Shown here piece by piece: positions 58,481 to 64,000 of a stretch of 64,000 bases of DNA (positions are counted from its first letter, which is position 1; each line of letters begins with the position of its first letter). The position numbers were made by a program, and so were the translations under genes. A model generated the notes under the pieces. It had not been told where the DNA came from, did not search any database, and worked only from the letters and a program-made list of their open reading frames with translations. Source of the DNA: Phoronis australis (Eukaryota > Animalia > Phoronida). The DNA is taken from the NCBI GenBank assembly GCA_002633005.1, contig NMRA01000059.1, positions 771,150-835,149 of the forward strand, given 5' to 3'.

Positions 58481-59874
58481 TCGAGCAGCAGGAGAACAAA
58501 TTAAACTTTTGTCTCGAAAAGTAAATGAAAAATAACAGCAAATGTCAAAAAGATATAGATTTTATGAAATATTTTCAATGAACACAGTAATGATGTACAA
58601 AATAATGCTTATATCAATAATTGTACATGAAGGATATGAAAGGCCTACACTTGAGGTTGTCAACATCTTTCTAAAGTTGTAAGGCAAATGTATAGTACAT
58701 TCTAGTTATAAGGAGTTAGAAGCAAAACAGTTACAGCATTTTCAGCAGATTAAGAAAGGCAAAAAAGCAAGAAAATGAGTTTCAATAAATTACAGCCTCC
58801 CTTCCAGATACAAACCAACTGTGGTTTTTGGGATTAGTTTGTTTTTAAAAGGGTGGTTAGTGTTAATAAATGTAATCGCAAGCACGCCGGGGACATGTAC
58901 CTGCTTAAATTTAGTAAATATATCTCTTTGAGGTTCCACTGGTTCTCGACTCTCATTGTAACGAACTAAGCATTACTTGTGTCTTTGAAAACATGTCTCT
59001 TCGTGGCCGGCGTAGCACTGAAATAAGTGGGACGCTATAGCCCTCGCCACCCAGCACCCTATATTGTGCTCCGTCCATGTTCATGAGCGTCGCAGCACTG
59101 AAATAAGTGAAGGATTATAGCCCCCCCGGNCTATGGTGCGCAGCCCATGCGTTTGATTCACTTTTTAGCATGAAGTTTCTCTACAACACGTTTGTGCATA
59201 CGAGTGGATAAGAAAACGTTTATCCACATGTATGTTTACTCGTCTTTTTGTTTACGACTATCCTTAGACGCGTGCGCAAGTTCTAGAAATTCAGCAAATT
59301 TGTGACAGACTCCTTACGTCAGGGTTGCTGTAAAAGTTAAGAACACGCGCACACAATGTTAACTAGATGTTATGACACTTAATGGGCAATTACGCTAATG
59401 AGAATCACTAACGTGTCAGTCAGGGGATTGTATAGCAAAGCCTAATTTTGAAGCCAACAGCATTACGGTTTGATACGCTCGCCCTTGAATACTTATACAC
59501 TGTAGGTCACGGATATCATAGGACGAAGATACACTGTACACAATGTTGTGACAAGTACATTTTACAACATTTTTGAACGATCTTTGCAGACGTTCCCAAT
59601 CCAATTGCCCTTATTAGTAACTTTGAAAATATTTGCTAGCATTTGGAAATTTACAAAATATATATAGCTCGGCAGGTTTCCGTTGAATCGCTAATTTGAC
59701 ATATTTTGGGAATTGCATTGGGTATAATTGAAAGCATCTTTGACGTTTTTCCAACAGAGAATTTTTAACAAGTTCTAAATAATGTTGGACAATATTTCAA
59801 ACAAGTCATATCTTAGTGAGAGAAATAATAAACAATCAGAAATAAAATTCATCTTATATTCAAGTTTCTAAAAG

Positions 59875-60023
59875 NNNNNNNNNNNNNNNNNNNNNNNNNN
59901 NNNNNNNNNNNNNNNNNNNNNNNNNNNNNNNNNNNNNNNNNNNNNNNNNNNNNNNNNNNNNNNNNNNNNNNNNNNNNNNNNNNNNNNNNNNNNNNNNNNN
60001 NNNNNNNNNNNNNNNNNNNNNNN
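59875..60023. other. Assembly gap (N run)
   Basis: Run of n characters. Confidence 1.
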
Positions 60024-60133
60024 NTTTAAAACAAATGTTGAGAACTTTCGGTATTACTTGGAAGTAATTTCACTTAGAAAAAGCTAGTTAAATATAATCT
60101 AACTAAAGCAGCTCAAAAGATAACTTTACTTAC

Positions 60134-60185
60134 TTTTCTTTTTTGCCTCGATTGGAATGTCTTTCTTCTCAAACGGTGCGGGCAT
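60134..60185 (-). CDS. ODF3: Duplicate copy of gene B exon 1
   Basis: Identical to 58148-58199 and inside the duplicated segment. Confidence 0.55.
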
Positions 60186-61965
60186 GGTCGTAGTCGTTTA
60201 CTGACTTCGTACACAAGTCCCGTGCTGCGTTGTCCGATCGGTTCAATTCGGCCTTATTGGCTGCGAAATGGAACCCTTCAGAACAAGCGACCAGCGTGAA
60301 ATGACAACTTGACTAGATGCAATTGCACTTTCAGCCCGACACAAACACGAGGGTAACTGCGTTACCATGTTACTGCCTGCTGAGCCGTAAAGTGTGAACA
60401 GCGCGGGAGTCCCCGGAGAATCTATACGGTTGCCAAGTGTAGGAGAAAGACCGTGTGACGTCACCCTCGAGCAGCAGGAGAACAAATTAAACTTTTGTCT
60501 CAAAAAGTAATTGAAAAATAACAGCAGATGTCAAAAAGATATAGATTTTATGAAATATTTTCAATAAACACAGTTTGATGTACAAAATAATGCTTACATC
60601 AATGATTGTAAGTGAAGTACATGAAAGGCCTACACTTGAGGTTGTCAACAGTTTTACGGAGTTGGAAGGCAAATGTATAGTACATTCCAGTCATAAGGAG
60701 CTAGAAACAAAACAGTTACAGCATTTTCAGCAGAGTGTGAAGTCAGAAAAGCAAGAAAATGAGTTTCAATAAATTACAGCCTCCCTTCCAAATACAAATC
60801 AACTGTGGTTTTTGGGATTAGTTTGTTTTTTAAAAGGGTGGTTAGTGTTAATAAATGTAATCGCAAGCACACCGGGGACATGTACCTGCTTAAATTAAGT
60901 AAATAACTCTCTTTGAGATTGCGCTGGTTCTCGACTGTCATTCCAACGAACTAAGCTTTATTTGTGTCGTTGAAAACATATCTCTTCGTGGGCGGCGTAG
61001 CACTGAAATAAGTGGGACGCTATAGCCCCTCACCTCCCCCCAGCCCCCTATATTGTGCACCGTCCATCTACATGAGCGGCGCAGCACTGAAATAAGTTTG
61101 GGAAAACATTTATCCACGTGTATGTTTACTCGTCTTTTTGTTTACGACTATCCTTAGACGCGTGCACAAGTTCTAGGAATTCAGCAAATTTGTTAAAATT
61201 CAGGGTTGCTGTAAAAGTTTAGAACACGCGCACACAATGTTAACTAGATGTTATGACACTTAATGGGCAATTACGCTAATGATGATCACTAACGTGTCAG
61301 TCAGGGGATTGTATAGCAAAGCCTAATTTTGTAGCCAACAGCATTACGGTTCGATACGCTCGCCCTTGAATACTTATACACTGTAGGTCACGGATGTCAT
61401 AGGACCAAGATACACTGTACACAATGTTGTGACAAGTACATTTTACAACATTTTTGAACGATCTTTGCAGACGTTCCCAATCCAATTGCGCTTATTAGTA
61501 ACTTTGAAAATATTTGCTAGCATTTGGAAATTTACAAAATATATATAGCTCGGCAGGTCTCCGTTGAATCGCTAATTTGACATATTTTGGAAATTGCATT
61601 GGGTATAATTGAAAGCATCTTTGACGTTTTTCCAACAGAGAATTTTTAACAAGTTCTAAATAATGTTGGACAATATTTCAAACAAGTCATATCTTAGTGA
61701 GAGAAATAATAAACAATCAGAAATAAAATTCATCTCATATTCAAGTTTCTAAAAGCTACAACACTGCAGGAGCATGTTCTTTCTTGCTGTAGTGTTCATT
61801 TATATTTTGGGGCCTACCTCTATGTCGTTCGCCTTCACTTTTGGTGACAAAACTTTAGAACATCAAACATTTGAAATAGATATAGGTGTAATATCGACGG
61901 ACTTGAATCCTTAGTAATTCAATATATTGATATTGTTGCAAATCAATGTGTGTGGAGTATATGGG

Positions 61966-62067
61966 TAAGTGACTTTGAATACTAATTACCGTATATACAC
62001 GTATTCACGCCCATGTGTAAGTGACTTTGAATACTAATTACCGTATATACACGTATTCACGCCCATG
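61966..62067. repeat. About 51-bp tandem duplication
   Basis: gtaagtgactttgaatactaattaccgtatatacacgtattcacgcccatg occurs twice. Confidence 0.9.
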
Positions 62068-64000
62068 CCCATGTATCCGAAATAATTCATTTTTTTCAAA
62101 CAGAACATTCTGGACCAGTGTTTAATCATACTGGCGCATGCGCATAGGCTTCACTTATAGGCAACTGCTTGTACATGCGTGCGTACGTGCGCGCACGCGT
62201 GTGTGCGTGATTGCGGATGTGACGCTAATGCTTGTGTGTGTACATTCACACTATTTTTCATTTTGTAATCTAAGTTAATGTTAAATTGAATAAGCGTTAA
62301 CTAGTATACCTGTACGTCAAGCTTTAATCACATAGCACTTGAAAATTGTGCACTTTGGTTATACCTAAGTGTAAAGGGCGAATTTTCTTAGTTCCAGGGA
62401 TTGGCTCAGCTTCACAGGTAAATGCACGGTTCTAAGTACACATAGATTCGGTAACAAGTTCTTTGTCATCAAATGTCCTTGATTTCTAGTCCGATCAATC
62501 TATCAATACTTCTAAAATTTGTGCCAACATGTGGCATTTGACAGATATCGACTCTGCAGTTCGATTACTACAGAAATGTGTTACATGATAAGTAGTACGT
62601 TGGGTTTGTTAAAAGTTAAAGCTGCTATATGAACATATACTTAATAAGGTATCTTCGGGGGAGGGATATTTGAAGCGCAGAATTCGGGAATTTTGTGTAC
62701 GGCCCTGGTTTAGTTTTCAAATACATTGCGACATGGTTGTCGACAGGTGAACATTCCGCCGGTGACATCGCGTGGGTGAGGAACCTGATTTACAACTTTA
62801 GTTTAAGATTGCGAGGTTTGACTTCAGCTTGCTCGTAAGGCGTGTACCTCGAGAATCTTTCGCTAATCTACGTATTAAATCGATGCTTTGTGAGGCTCAC
62901 TTTCAATCTATTAGTCTTTGTGGTGGTTGCTTAGTATTTCGTATCAAAACTTATTTGGCAGTGAACGCTTACTTTCAATTCTGGTGCTCTCAAATGACAC
63001 GTGTTGTTTTCCATCATATTATTCTTATGTCTCCAAACTGTCTGCCATGTCACCGGACGTTTACCAGCCGATAACCGTCCCACAATGCATTTGGAATACA
63101 CGAGTACAGGGCAGCGTTCCGTAGGCTGCAAGCTATTGGTTTGCACTTGCGGTGAAAAATCTTTGCTTTCGGAATGGAATCAGTGGATTAAACCAGACAA
63201 TTCAACACTACAACAAACCACTTCAGTGACCGCATTTTTGCTAAGATGAGCGAGTAAGTCTTCGAGCGAACTCTTGAAAAACTCTTTTTTAACTCCCCGG
63301 CCCGTGATTTTACCGCTGAGGTCATGCGAGATCCTGCTTTTCGCGCAAGAGGCTTGATCCACAGGGAATTTGACATTTGAGGCTGCTTCCTTTTCGATGT
63401 ACGTAAAAGCCCCAAACGTATGAGTCATGGTAAGGTTTTTGGGGCCATGTGTAGCGTTTTTGATGTGAAACGGTCCACAACAGAATTTTGACAGAGAGTA
63501 AGAAAGATGACAAGTCCGGTGTGACGTGCGCACCGTCAGGCAAAACCCTACGAGATATGTTCAGTGCCTCCCGGTTGCGAACGAATAGTAGTTTTACTAA
63601 GAGCTCGGTCCACATGGACAGCAGATCAACTACGTATGGAGAAAGAACGAGGAAACGATAATATCGCCTATAGCAGCATGCAGTAGACTTCATGGTCAGA
63701 TGAATATACCACTGGATAAATGTGGACTATCATCGAGTGTCTACGGATAAACAAGCACAAAGGGAATGAAATTCACGTTCATAACATTTTACAAATATGC
63801 TTTTTTTATCTCATTTCATTTTATTCAGTAGAAACTAATGCGAATCCAAAATTAAATGTGGGTCGATTGCGGATAAAAACATACCAAATCCTAACCTCAT
63901 TGACCGCCACTGGACCTCAAAACTTTTAGATGCAGTCAAAGTGCGTGGACGTAGTTTTCCCGTCACCATTTATGTTGTTAAATAACTTATCTTGGATCAC

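Larger units (their letters stand above)
58038..61755. repeat. Tandem near-duplicate pair (58038-59874 and 60024-61755) flanking an N gap
   Basis: Both copies start tttaaaacaaatgttgagaac and end caagtttctaaaag. ORF pairs 58257/60243 and 59416/61297 match. Confidence 0.9.

Noticed and set aside
58257-58541. 94-aa ORF duplicated at 60243-60503
   Set aside because: It overlaps the putative promoter, and its duplication is explained by the segment duplication, not by coding conservation.
62800-64000. Overlapping ORFs and a repeat-like terminus near the right edge
   Set aside because: No identifiable protein motif. It is probably part of a repeat continuing outside the window and cannot be classified.

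Overview
This is eukaryotic DNA, AT-rich, intron-rich and repeat-rich. It is probably from a marine invertebrate animal, judging by gene and repeat content. Most short ORFs in the supplied track are spurious. Splicing GT-AG exons by hand gives two minus-strand genes. Gene A (ATG at 41327, running off the left edge) has at least 32 exons whose phases all join consistently, giving more than 1860 aa. It encodes a secreted protein with a vitellogenin/MTP-type large-lipid-transfer (LLT) N-terminal domain, furin-type sites, a long amphipathic helical segment, an embedded LECT2/M23-like pseudo-peptidase module, a Cys-rich module and DxSPP/DTTxP Ig-like repeats. Gene B (58199 to 46226, 4 exons, 250 aa) is an ODF3/SHIPPO-1 (CIMAP1)-family ciliary gene with an RFX/CRE/CCAAT-like promoter and a decayed CR1/L2-group LINE in intron 1. 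The window also holds several MITE-like inverted-repeat elements, palindromes, tandem repeats and two near-duplicate segments next to N bases (likely two haplotypes), each duplicating an exon. No database searches were run; family calls come from motif recognition only.
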